64,000 nt of DNA, taken from assembly GCA_964619505.1 (NCBI GenBank), contig CAZUCK010000005.1, positions 10,300-74,299 on the forward strand, in the 5' to 3' direction. The stretch's first letter is position 1, and every line of letters begins with the position of its first letter. This stretch comes from an uncultured Fimbriimonas sp. GTDB taxonomy: Bacteria; Armatimonadota; Fimbriimonadia; Fimbriimonadales; Fimbriimonadaceae. The translations under genes and the position numbers were made by a program. Shown one piece after another: positions 46,759 to 55,372 of this stretch. A model generated the notes under the pieces. It saw only the letters and a program-made list of their open reading frames with translations. It was not told the DNA's origin and did no database searches.

Positions 46759-47071
46759 GTGGTCTCCCGGCGAGGTTCCTTTGAATCTCGACCATCGTTT
46801 CGTTTTCGATTCCGCACCGCACTCTAGAGGTAGCCGAAGCTCGTATCTGAAGCGTTAAGGCAGTAGAGAAAGCGTAACGTGCGCATTATGGCATCAAAAA
46901 CCAAGCGTGTTTGCAAGCCTTTTTTGGCCCGAGAGTTTTTTGATGTATACTGCCTCAACCGTGATGGGAGGGGATTTTCCACACGTTATCAACGGGCCAT
47001 TGCGATTGACTTGTGTTTGATGGACTGGACCTTTAAAGACGTACCCTCACCCTTGAGGGGCTTTCAGTTAA

Positions 47072-47359
47072 ATGCCTATCACGATCATAGAAAACTCCAA
47101 CACCGACGCGATTGAAGCGCGATCTTTCGAGGTCACGATCTGCCAGGTTCGTGAAGACCACCACATTTATTATCGAGCATGGGCGCACGCCTTAGGTCGC
47201 GGAGCGCAAGCTTACGGGCACTCGCCTGAGGCGGCCTTGTCAAAGCTTTACGATGAAGTCATTCCCAGGTTGACGGGACTCAAGCCTTCGTCGACGCGAA
47301 CCGTTCCTGCCGCTCACATCGCAGAGCGTCGGGCAAGGCACGCGGACCAGGCGCGTTGA
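47072..47359 (+). CDS. small hypothetical protein, possibly HicB/UPF0150-like fold
   Basis: 95 aa. The pattern ...HHIYYRAWAHALGRGAQAYGHSPEAALSKLYDEVI resembles the HicB-type core (aromatic-A-x-x-P-x-L-x-G-x-x-x-x-G-x-[ST]-x-E-E-A). No obvious SD and no partner toxin gene. Confidence 0.4.
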   Translation: MPITIIENSNTDAIEARSFEVTICQVREDHHIYYRAWAHALGRGAQAYGHSPEAALSKLYDEVIPRLTGLKPSSTRTVPAAHIAERRARHADQAR

Positions 47360-47369
47360 CCAAAAGTCG

Positions 47370-47834
47370 TCACAGCGAGCCGCGCCACGTATCCTGATTG
47401 ACCAGATGGTCGATTCGGCTGCTGGCGGCACGGAGGCGTGCGCAAAGGACCCGGCCCAGATTCACCATAACCACGAAACCCATCTCCCGCTTGTCGTTCA
47501 TGAGGTTTCGAAGTTCGCGCGCCGGAATCTTGGCCACGCTGACGGTACCGATGCAAATGACATCAGCAGATCGTGGTTGATCGTCTAAGAGAGACACCTC
47601 TCCCAGAACGCTTCCCGGGCCAACATCGGCGAGCGAGTCTCCTGTCGACGTGATGACTTTGACACGGCCATTGAGAATCACGAAAAGGTCATTGCTCTTC
47701 TCGCCCATCTTTATGAGGAGTTCGTTGGGGAGATAAACCTTGACCTCAGCCAAGTCGGCAATCTCTTTGATCGCATCGTCTTTCAGGCCGACGACCAAAT
47801 AATTCTTCTTGAAGATTTCGAGGTTTGCTGACAT
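47370..47834 (-). CDS. stand-alone cyclic-nucleotide-binding (CAP effector) domain protein
   Basis: 154 aa with GPGSVLGEVSLLDDQPRSADV (the G-E...R-S-A phosphate-binding cassette). It lies 36 nt downstream of the permease gene on the same strand. Confidence 0.85.
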   Translation of the reverse strand: MSANLEIFKKNYLVVGLKDDAIKEIADLAEVKVYLPNELLIKMGEKSNDLFVILNGRVKVITSTGDSLADVGPGSVLGEVSLLDDQPRSADVICIGTVSVAKIPARELRNLMNDKREMGFVVMVNLGRVLCARLRAASSRIDHLVNQDTWRGSL

Positions 47835-47870
47835 CTAGGCCATTTTACGCTCGCTGACGCCGAACATCGC

Positions 47871-49781
47871 TCAATCCAAGAAATAGCGGACGTTGGTCAC
47901 GACCACGTTCTTTCTGGAGCCCAAAGACTGCTTCAATTGGTTGGCCACATTCTCTTGAAGAAGGCTGTGTAGCCAGGTGGAAGCGACGGCTTCCGGCACA
48001 ATGACGGTGATCACGCGATCAGGGTTTTCTTCATGCAATCGGTCAACGTATTCAAGCACTGGCTGGATGAGCGACCGGTAGGGCGTCTTCAGCACTTCTA
48101 GGGGCACTCCCTCGCCGTAGCGCTCCCATAGGGACATGACTTCGGGGAGAGCCTTTCGGTTGATGGCAACGTGAACGGCACGACATTCTAGGCCGATGAG
48201 AAGTGCATATTCGAGGGCGGCAAGGATGCCTCGATGGACGCGGGGCACAAGCAAGATCGAGGCATGCGCGGCGGGCATACGGGGCGGTTCGTCGCCGATT
48301 GCGAGTTGCCTTGCGATCGATCCGTATCTCGTCTTGATGGATTTGAACAGCGCGAACTGAACCGCAAGAAGGATGGTGACGATCCATGCCCCTTCCGTAA
48401 ATTTAGTGACGAGGATGATGCCCGTCACGATCATGGTCAGGACGGCGCCAAATCCGTTGATCACGGCGCTTTGTTTCCAATGGGGCTCCTTCGTCTTGAA
48501 CCAATGGACGACCATCCCGATCTGCGAAAGGGTGAACGCAGTAAACACGCCAACCGCGTAAAGCGGCAAGAGACCGTCCAGTTGGCCCTTGAAGTACCAG
48601 ACGATTAAGGCGGCGGCGGCGCCAAGAAAGAGGATGCCATTGTGGAACACGAGCCGGTCCCCTTGTCGTGCGAGAGGCCGAGGCAAATAGCCGTCCCGGG
48701 CGAGCAAACTGGCCAGCCTTGGAAAGTCGGCGAAGGCGGTGTTTGCGGCGAGGATCAGAATAGCGGCGGTCGAGATTTGAACGAAGTAGAACGGGATGCT
48801 GTGGATGACAACGCCGGCGGCGTTCTTACCGTCGAAGACCCAACTGGCGATTTGGGCGACGAGGGTCATGTAATGGGGATCGCTTCCATCGTTCAAGCTC
48901 AGAACGGGCAGGTGGATTGCGAGATACCCGGTGCCAAGGAACATCGCGGTGAGGATCCCCGCCATCCACCTTAGGGTGACGGAAGCATTGTGCGATTCGG
49001 GAATCTTGAACGCTTGGACACCATTGCTGACCGCTTCGATGCCGGTCAGTGCGGTGCACCCTGCGGCGAATGCACGGAGAATGATGAACAGAAGGGCGAA
49101 GCTGACTTCCTTGCCGACGAGGCTCTCCCCACCTTTGACCGCGGTGACGATCTGATGGTGACCCGGCGGCGCTTGGAAGGTCTTGTAGATTCCAAAGCAC
49201 AGGAGCAAAAGCATCCCAAGAACGAAGGCATAGGTCGGGAATGCAAAGACGACTCCGGACTCTTTAACTCCTCTCAGGTTGGCCCAAGCGACCACGGCGA
49301 CGCACAGAATGCATATCGGGACCAGATATGGACTGAGTGAGTGATAGGCCGACGTGATGGCTGCGATTCCGGCTGCGATGCTAACGGAGACGGTCAGTAC
49401 GTAATCGACAAGGAGGGCGGCTCCGGCAAGGAGCCCAGGGGTCTCACCCAGATTTTCACTGGCCACGATGTACGACCCGCCGCCCGAAGGATACGCGTGA
49501 ATGGTTTGGTTGTACGAGATCGCGACGATGATGATCAAGATGCAGATCGCGAGTGAAATGTAGATTTGAAAATGGAGCGCGTCTTGACTGCGGAGGATCA
49601 GGATTCCAAGGATGGCTTCCGTGGCGTAGGCTACGGACGACAGGGCATCCGAAGAAAATACGGGCAAACCCAAAAGGGGACCAAGACGTTCTTGGTGAGC
49701 TCTCGAGGTAGGGATTGGAGCGCCAAGCAGGGCTCGACGCAACCTGCCGATCAGGTTCCAAGATTTGGGTCGCTCAATCAT
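47871..49781 (-). CDS. APC-superfamily permease with a C-terminal cytoplasmic domain
   Basis: Internal ATG 49781 gives MIERPKSWNLIGRLRRALLGAPIPTSRAHQERLGPLLGLPVFSSDALSSVAYATE. About 12 hydrophobic helices are followed by a ~170-aa soluble tail. Confidence 0.85.
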   Translation of the reverse strand: MIERPKSWNLIGRLRRALLGAPIPTSRAHQERLGPLLGLPVFSSDALSSVAYATEAILGILILRSQDALHFQIYISLAICILIIIVAISYNQTIHAYPSGGGSYIVASENLGETPGLLAGAALLVDYVLTVSVSIAAGIAAITSAYHSLSPYLVPICILCVAVVAWANLRGVKESGVVFAFPTYAFVLGMLLLLCFGIYKTFQAPPGHHQIVTAVKGGESLVGKEVSFALLFIILRAFAAGCTALTGIEAVSNGVQAFKIPESHNASVTLRWMAGILTAMFLGTGYLAIHLPVLSLNDGSDPHYMTLVAQIASWVFDGKNAAGVVIHSIPFYFVQISTAAILILAANTAFADFPRLASLLARDGYLPRPLARQGDRLVFHNGILFLGAAAALIVWYFKGQLDGLLPLYAVGVFTAFTLSQIGMVVHWFKTKEPHWKQSAVINGFGAVLTMIVTGIILVTKFTEGAWIVTILLAVQFALFKSIKTRYGSIARQLAIGDEPPRMPAAHASILLVPRVHRGILAALEYALLIGLECRAVHVAINRKALPEVMSLWERYGEGVPLEVLKTPYRSLIQPVLEYVDRLHEENPDRVITVIVPEAVASTWLHSLLQENVANQLKQSLGSRKNVVVTNVRYFLD

Positions 49782-49887
49782 TCCTTTATCACCAAGAATC
49801 GTCGACTCCGGCCATCCTTGACCACAGAGCATGATAGCAGGTCGCCCCTCAGGGGCGACCTGCGGAAACCAAAGGTAGATTAGCTTT

Positions 49888-51471
49888 GTGAAACAAGCGT
49901 GGGTGGTTTTATCGTTGATTGCAGCCGGCTGTGGCGGTGATTATTCGGCAAGGAAAGCAGCGTCAGCGCAAGGAAATGTCTTGCGGGCCGCGATCAACGT
50001 CAACCCGACCACGCTTGATCCCGTAAAGGTCCAGGACGTAGACACGATGCCGATCATTCAGAACGTCTTCGAGGGCCTCGTCAGGTGGGATGAGAACAAC
50101 GAATTGAAGCCTGATCTGGCCGATAAGTGGGAGGTCACGAACGGCGGCACAACCTATACGTTCCACTTGAAGAAGGGAGTGAAGTTTCACAATGGCCGAC
50201 TCATGACGGCGGAGGACGTGCAATTCTCGTTTGATCGCGCCTGCGATCCGGAACTCAGTTCTCCGACGGCGGCCAACTACTTGGGTGACATCGTGGGTTC
50301 AAGAGACCGGCTTGCCCGAAAGGCGAAGTCCGTCTCCGGGATCAAGGTCATCGATCCGCTTACGATTCAAATAACGCTCGACAAGCCGCGGGCTTATTTC
50401 CTTGGAAAGCTGACCTACGCGTGCGCTTTTGTGGTGTGCAAGGAGGCGGTGACAAAGGGAAAGGAGATCAACGGTGGAGGTTCGATGATCGGTACGGGGC
50501 CCTTCAAACTGGACAGTTTCGTGCCGGAGCAGCAGTTGAACCTCGTAGCGTTCGACGGCTATCACGATGGCAGGCCCAGACTGGATCGCATCGAGGAGTA
50601 TGTGATGAAAGACGTGCAGACGAGGGTCGGGAAGTTTCGCACGGGCGAAGTAGACCTGGTCGGCATTGTGCGACAGGACATCCTTGCGACCCAAAAGGAC
50701 TCGGTGTTGGGGCATGAGTTGAAGCTCTACACGAGGCCCGCCGTGACCTACTTGGCTATGAACCCCAACGGCTATGCGCCATTCAAGGACGTACGAGTCA
50801 GGCGTGCCTTTGCAATGGCGATCGACAAGAAACCCATCGTCAATGGGCTGCTTGGCGGCACGAATCCGTTGGCGGAAGGGATTCTTCCCCCGGGCATCAC
50901 GGGCCACAGGGATCAACCCAAAGTCTTGCCGTATGACCCAACTGTGGCGGCCAAACTGTTGGCCGAGGCGGGATTCCCCGGCGGAAAAGGCATGCCCGAT
51001 CTAGAACTCGTGATCAATGATCAGACCGCGGACACGCGTCTCGTCGCGGAAGCTCTGGCCTCACAGATCACAAAGAATCTTGGCGTTCCAGTTAAGTTGC
51101 GAACAATGGAGTGGCGTTCTCTGCTGGAGAAGCGAAACAAGGGGACTCTGGGCTTCTTCATCCTTGCCTGGTACGCCGACTATTTGGACCCACAGAACTT
51201 CCTCAGTACGTTGCTGACGACCCATGGACCCGGCAACCACTATGGGTATTCCAACTCGGAAGTGGACAAGCTTTGCGATGAAGCGGATACGACGACCGAT
51301 TCGGCAAGTCGTACGGCGCTTTACCAAAGGGCGGAGGACGCGATCCTCCAAGACGCGCCTTGGCTCCCCTTGTATTTCGTCAGCGACCCCGAGTTGGTGA
51401 GCCCCAGAGTCACGGGAATCCAGAACAATTTGATGGGCCACCTCCCGTACGCAAAGGTGGAAGTCAAGTGA
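49888..51471 (+). CDS. peptide/nickel-type ABC substrate-binding lipoprotein (family 5), orphan
   Basis: Lipobox LIAAGC. NPTTLDP, FEGLV, KGVKFHNG and YADYLDPQNFL are family-5 SBP landmarks. GTG start. No permease genes adjacent. Confidence 0.9.
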   Translation: MKQAWVVLSLIAAGCGGDYSARKAASAQGNVLRAAINVNPTTLDPVKVQDVDTMPIIQNVFEGLVRWDENNELKPDLADKWEVTNGGTTYTFHLKKGVKFHNGRLMTAEDVQFSFDRACDPELSSPTAANYLGDIVGSRDRLARKAKSVSGIKVIDPLTIQITLDKPRAYFLGKLTYACAFVVCKEAVTKGKEINGGGSMIGTGPFKLDSFVPEQQLNLVAFDGYHDGRPRLDRIEEYVMKDVQTRVGKFRTGEVDLVGIVRQDILATQKDSVLGHELKLYTRPAVTYLAMNPNGYAPFKDVRVRRAFAMAIDKKPIVNGLLGGTNPLAEGILPPGITGHRDQPKVLPYDPTVAAKLLAEAGFPGGKGMPDLELVINDQTADTRLVAEALASQITKNLGVPVKLRTMEWRSLLEKRNKGTLGFFILAWYADYLDPQNFLSTLLTTHGPGNHYGYSNSEVDKLCDEADTTTDSASRTALYQRAEDAILQDAPWLPLYFVSDPELVSPRVTGIQNNLMGHLPYAKVEVK

Positions 51472-51476
51472 CGACG

Positions 51477-52718
51477 ATGGATGCGGCACAGCTGGACTCC
51501 CAGGACGTTCTCGCCCCTTTTCGGGCTGAATTTGCCATCGACGATCCCGACATGATTTACCTGGACGGGAACTCGCTGGGGCGGATGCCTCTACGCGCGG
51601 CCTCGATGCTCATGCAGGCGGCTGAGCACCAGTGGGGCAGTCGAATGGTTCGGGCTTGGGGCGAGAGTTGGATCCATGTGCCGAGAAGGCTGGGCGACAA
51701 GATCGCAAGGTTGATCGGGGCCGAGCCGGGAGAGGTGCTCGTCACAGACTCCACCTCCGTCAACTTCTTCAAACTCGTGTCAGCCGCGCTTGAGGCCAGA
51801 GTGGGAAGAAGCAAGATCGTCACGGAGGATTTGAACTTCCCATCCGATTTGTATTTGCTGCAGGGCATTGTGCGAATGTTGGGCGACCGCCACAAAATTG
51901 CCCGAGTGACGTCGCCTGACGGGCTGATGCCTGGCGACGTTCTTCGCGAATTGGATGGCGATACTGCGCTGTTGACCTTGTCCCACACGGCGTTCAAGAG
52001 CGGATATTTTCACGATCTGGCTGGCCTGACGAAGGCGGCTCACAAGGAGGGTGCGCTGACGTTGTGGGACTTCAGCCACTCGGTGGGGGCGTTGCCATTG
52101 GACGTGAAGGCAGCGAACATCGATTTGGCCGTGGGATGCACCTACAAGTACCTGAACGGCGGGCCAGGTGCGCCTGCGTTTCTTTACGTTCGCAAGGACC
52201 TTCAGGAGAGCCTGTTCAGCCCCATTTGGGGTTGGTTTGGGCAAAGCCAGCAGTTCGATTTCAAGTTGGAATACTCGCCTGCGCAGGGCATTCAGCGTTT
52301 CATGGCGGGGACGCCTTCCATGCTCTCGATGATCCCCATCGAGGCAGGGGTGGACTTGATCATGGAGGCGGGCATGGATCGAGTTCGGGCGAAGTCGGTC
52401 GCCCAGACGGAGTTCCTGATTGCCCTTTGGGAGAGACACCTGAAGCCCCTGGGTGTGACTCTGAACTCGCCGCGCGATTCGTCGGTGCGCGGTTCCCACG
52501 TGTCACTGGGGCACGCCGATGCCCTTCGGATCGATCAGGCTTTGATCGAGGAGATGAACGTGATTCCCGATTTTCGATACCCTGACAACATCCGTTTCGG
52601 GGTGTCGCCGCTTTATACGAGCTTCGCTGAGATTGAGGAAGGGGTCATGCGGTTCAAGCGGGTGCTGGACGAAGGGATTCACATGAAGTACTCGTCCGAG
52701 CGACCGACCGTGACGTAG
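51477..52718 (+). CDS. kynU: kynureninase
   Basis: YLDGNSLGRMP and the PLP-lysine region GCTYKYLNGGPGAPAFLYV are typical of kynureninase. ATG 51477 sits 6 nt after the SBP stop; GTG 51468, overlapping that stop, is also possible. Confidence 0.9.
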   Translation: MDAAQLDSQDVLAPFRAEFAIDDPDMIYLDGNSLGRMPLRAASMLMQAAEHQWGSRMVRAWGESWIHVPRRLGDKIARLIGAEPGEVLVTDSTSVNFFKLVSAALEARVGRSKIVTEDLNFPSDLYLLQGIVRMLGDRHKIARVTSPDGLMPGDVLRELDGDTALLTLSHTAFKSGYFHDLAGLTKAAHKEGALTLWDFSHSVGALPLDVKAANIDLAVGCTYKYLNGGPGAPAFLYVRKDLQESLFSPIWGWFGQSQQFDFKLEYSPAQGIQRFMAGTPSMLSMIPIEAGVDLIMEAGMDRVRAKSVAQTEFLIALWERHLKPLGVTLNSPRDSSVRGSHVSLGHADALRIDQALIEEMNVIPDFRYPDNIRFGVSPLYTSFAEIEEGVMRFKRVLDEGIHMKYSSERPTVT

Positions 52719-52916
52719 CAAGTAAGAATACCAGTTATTTAAATCCCGGAACACCCTTCTTTACATTGCAGTAGAATAGATATTGTGGTTGTACGCAAGT
52801 ATGCGCCCATCAGTACCGTTCTGATAGGAATTGCATTGGTCTTGATGGGTTTCTATCGTGCCGCGGAAGGCACCATCTAGCGTTCTTCGGCACCGAACCG
52901 GCGAAGATGCTCCAAA

Positions 52917-53488
52917 ATGCGTAAGGTTGGCTCAAAAGAGCGTTTAAGACAGTTCCTGCTTAACCACATTGGCGAGGTCGTGAGTGCCAAGCAACTCCAA
53001 GACGCCGCCGGGCAGAACGTCACTGAATGGGCGCGTAGGGTGCGTGAACTGCGCGAGGACGAGGGCTGGCCCATCCTGACTCACAATGACTCAGCGGACC
53101 TCAAACCCGGGCAGTATGTCCTCAGAGACGCACCCAAGGCCGATCACGGCGCGGTCTCGTTTGCCAAAAGCATATCGGCAAAGGTTCGCGCCGAAGTCCT
53201 AGATCGAAACGGCTTCACTTGCCAAATGTGCGGGCTCACGCCGGGCGAAATTGACCCTCAACCGGTCGCAAGGTCCGGCTGCATATCGGGCACATTGTCG
53301 ATAAGAACCTAGGCGGGTTGCCGGAGCTTTCGAACCTCCGCGCCCTATGCTCGACCTGCAACCAGGGAGCCAAGAACATCACCGGTCAAAAGCCGACAAC
53401 CATTTGGCTGCTGTCGCAAATCCGACGGGCCGGAATGGACGAACAAAGGGCCGTGTACGAATGGCTCAAGTCGAAATTCGGGCAGTGA
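52917..53488 (+). pseudogene. HNH endonuclease gene interrupted by a -1 frameshift (or a 1-nt sequencing error) at a C-run near 53255
   Basis: Frame 0 ends ...NGFTCQMCGLTPGEIDP then runs into TAG at 53310. The -1 frame from 53255 reads PSTGRKVRLHIGHIVDKNLGGLPELSNLRALCSTCNQGAKN...KSKFGQ* (stop at 53486..53488). The two CxxC pairs and the His/Asn of one HNH finger are therefore split between frames. Confidence 0.8.
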
Positions 53489-53537
53489 GTGTCAACAATA
53501 TGAACCCCCACGCTGAAGCGGGGGAGGGTTCCGGAAG

Positions 53538-54101
53538 TCACCCCAACTTCTTTCGCATGGCCATGTGCGGGATGGTGGCTTGCTCAAACGGTTTGCCGAC
53601 GGCTTCGTATCCCAACTTCAAATAGAAGGGGATGGCGGTCTCGCGGGCGTCGAGGACCATCTGCTTGCCGCCCAATTGGTACGCGAGGTGTTCCGATTCC
53701 GCGACCAGACGTCTCCCCAGTCCCTTGCCTTGGCAGTCCTCGGCGACCGCCACTTGGCGCATTCGGACCACGCCTTCGGATTCTTTCAAGAGATAGAGTG
53801 CCGCCTTCACTGCGCCGGCGATCACGATGGCTAAATGGACGTGGGTGGCTTCGGCGGCGAGTTGTTCGGGCGTGAAGTGGAGGCCGAGCGGCTTTCTCAG
53901 AATCTCGTGCCGCAATGCGATCACCTCATCGTAAAGGGCGGAGCCGTGGGGCACGATCAAGATCGATTGATCCAGTATTGAGTTCAACGATTTGACGGTC
54001 GAAATCAAACGCTGGACGTCTTCGGGCTTCCAGTCGATATGCCGCTGAGACCATCGTTCCCAATCCTCAAGTTCCTTTGCCGTGAGGGAGCGAGTATTCA
54101 C
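53538..54101 (-). CDS. GNAT-family N-acetyltransferase with ~50-aa N-terminal extension
   Basis: The acetyl-CoA binding motif RQVAVAEDCQGKGLGRRLV (Q/R-x-x-G-x-G/A) and ...AIPFYLKLGYE. Confidence 0.8.
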   Translation of the reverse strand: MNTRSLTAKELEDWERWSQRHIDWKPEDVQRLISTVKSLNSILDQSILIVPHGSALYDEVIALRHEILRKPLGLHFTPEQLAAEATHVHLAIVIAGAVKAALYLLKESEGVVRMRQVAVAEDCQGKGLGRRLVAESEHLAYQLGGKQMVLDARETAIPFYLKLGYEAVGKPFEQATIPHMAMRKKLG

Positions 54102-54227
54102 TAAAACACTTTATCCGAGGATGAAGGTCAGTCCTTTTGCGGGCTGACGGCATAAAGGGCCTTGTCGTTGGGAACTCGTTGACACGTAAGCTGAAACACT
54201 CTCACTCACTTGCGATACAATGGACTC

Positions 54228-54788
54228 ATGAGCCCCAGCACAGTTCTTGGATCCCTTGTTGCGGTTGCCGCGATGGGTCTTGCGATGAATCACGGGTCGG
54301 TGCCTCGCGACGAAAGCCCCATGCAGGGCAAATTGGCGCCCGCCTTCGCTGCCTCCACAGCTGCAGGAAAGTCATTCGACCTCAAGACGTTGACGGCAAA
54401 GGGTCCGGTCTTTCTCTATTTCATCAAAAAGGACTGCCCAACGAACGCTCGTGCCGAGAAGTATTACAACCGAATTTTCGAGGCTTCGGGCGGAAAGGCA
54501 AACATCATCGGAGTCATTAACGCCGACGCCGAGCAATATGAGGCTTGGGACAAACGATTCAAGGCGCCGTTCCCTGTGGTGCTCGACCCCCAGAAGAAAG
54601 TCATTGGTGCCTTCCAAGCGGAGAGGTCCCCATGGGTGGTCGAAGTCGGAACGAGTGGCAAAATCGCCAAGGTCTGGGAAGGCTACTCTGAGCCGATGCT
54701 GAAGGAGTTGTTCCAAGCGATGGCCGGGAACGCCAATTGGTCGGCTGCCAATTTCTCAGGAACGCCGATGGAACCCGCCTATGGCTGA
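54228..54788 (+). CDS. secreted thioredoxin-fold (redoxin/AhpC-TSA-like) protein
   Basis: Signal-like MSPSTVLGSLVAVAAMGLA, then GKLAPAFAAST..GKSFDLKTLTAKGPVFLYFIKKDCPTN (a single Cys at the CxxC position). TTG 54210 is an alternative start. Confidence 0.7.
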   Translation: MSPSTVLGSLVAVAAMGLAMNHGSVPRDESPMQGKLAPAFAASTAAGKSFDLKTLTAKGPVFLYFIKKDCPTNARAEKYYNRIFEASGGKANIIGVINADAEQYEAWDKRFKAPFPVVLDPQKKVIGAFQAERSPWVVEVGTSGKIAKVWEGYSEPMLKELFQAMAGNANWSAANFSGTPMEPAYG

Positions 54789-54827
54789 CCCTTCTGATCT
54801 CTCCTTCGGTCGAAGGAATTTTACGTG

Positions 54828-55322
54828 TTACGTCGGAAAACGGGGGCTCATGCTCATTTGCCAAATTTGGCCCGTGTGATAGCCGGCGTGTTGGCAGATT
54901 CGAATCAAACCTTGCTCACCGGTCACCTTGTCACCGATTGGACTCAGGAGTGGCATCGCCAGTTGTTCCGGCGTTGGGCCCTCGATGACCGGTTTCAATC
55001 TCTCGCCTGAGAAAGCGAGGGCATCATTGAGGGCTTGCAGCGTCTGTTGCTTGGGATCGCGGAACGGACCTCCGACTCCTTCGCGCAAGAATCCTTCGTG
55101 AACGGCTTGATCAAGAAGGGCCTCAAACTGCGTCGCAGCGGGATCGCGATCCGTCATTCGGGCTGACCAGTAATGCTCGCACCCTGCGATGTGATACACG
55201 ATTTCACAGATGTTGTGGCCCTCAGGATAGAGCCGCCACGCGAGTTGCTCATCGGACAGCCCGTCGATGGCTTGGGCAAGGCGTGCACGAGTGAAATGCC
55301 AGACTTCTGCGTACTGCGTCAC
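54828..55322 (-). CDS. DinB-family (four-helix bundle, metal-binding) protein
   Basis: 164 aa. His-containing helices (ICEIVYHIAGCEHYW; ICQHAGYHTGQI) are spaced as in DinB/YfiT-like proteins. Confidence 0.75.
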   Translation of the reverse strand: MTQYAEVWHFTRARLAQAIDGLSDEQLAWRLYPEGHNICEIVYHIAGCEHYWSARMTDRDPAATQFEALLDQAVHEGFLREGVGGPFRDPKQQTLQALNDALAFSGERLKPVIEGPTPEQLAMPLLSPIGDKVTGEQGLIRICQHAGYHTGQIWQMSMSPRFPT

Positions 55323-55372
55323 GTTGTTAGCTTACGAGGTGATCCGAGTTCGCGTCGGCAAGGGAGGTGCAC

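Noticed and set aside
46879-47115. A 78-aa ORF in the RRM-gene leader as a possible HicA-like toxin for the HicB-like ORF
   Set aside because: The sequence has no HicA features (no double-stranded-RNA-binding-like fold signature and no conserved His or Gly). It overlaps the next ORF by 44 nt and lies in AT-rich DNA with poor coding character.
53347-53625. ORF 53347..53625(+) of 92 aa, and ORF 55471..55659(-) of 62 aa
   Set aside because: The first is an out-of-frame reading across the 3' half of the HNH pseudogene and the GNAT 3' end. The second is out of frame with the DUF190 homology. Neither has motifs.
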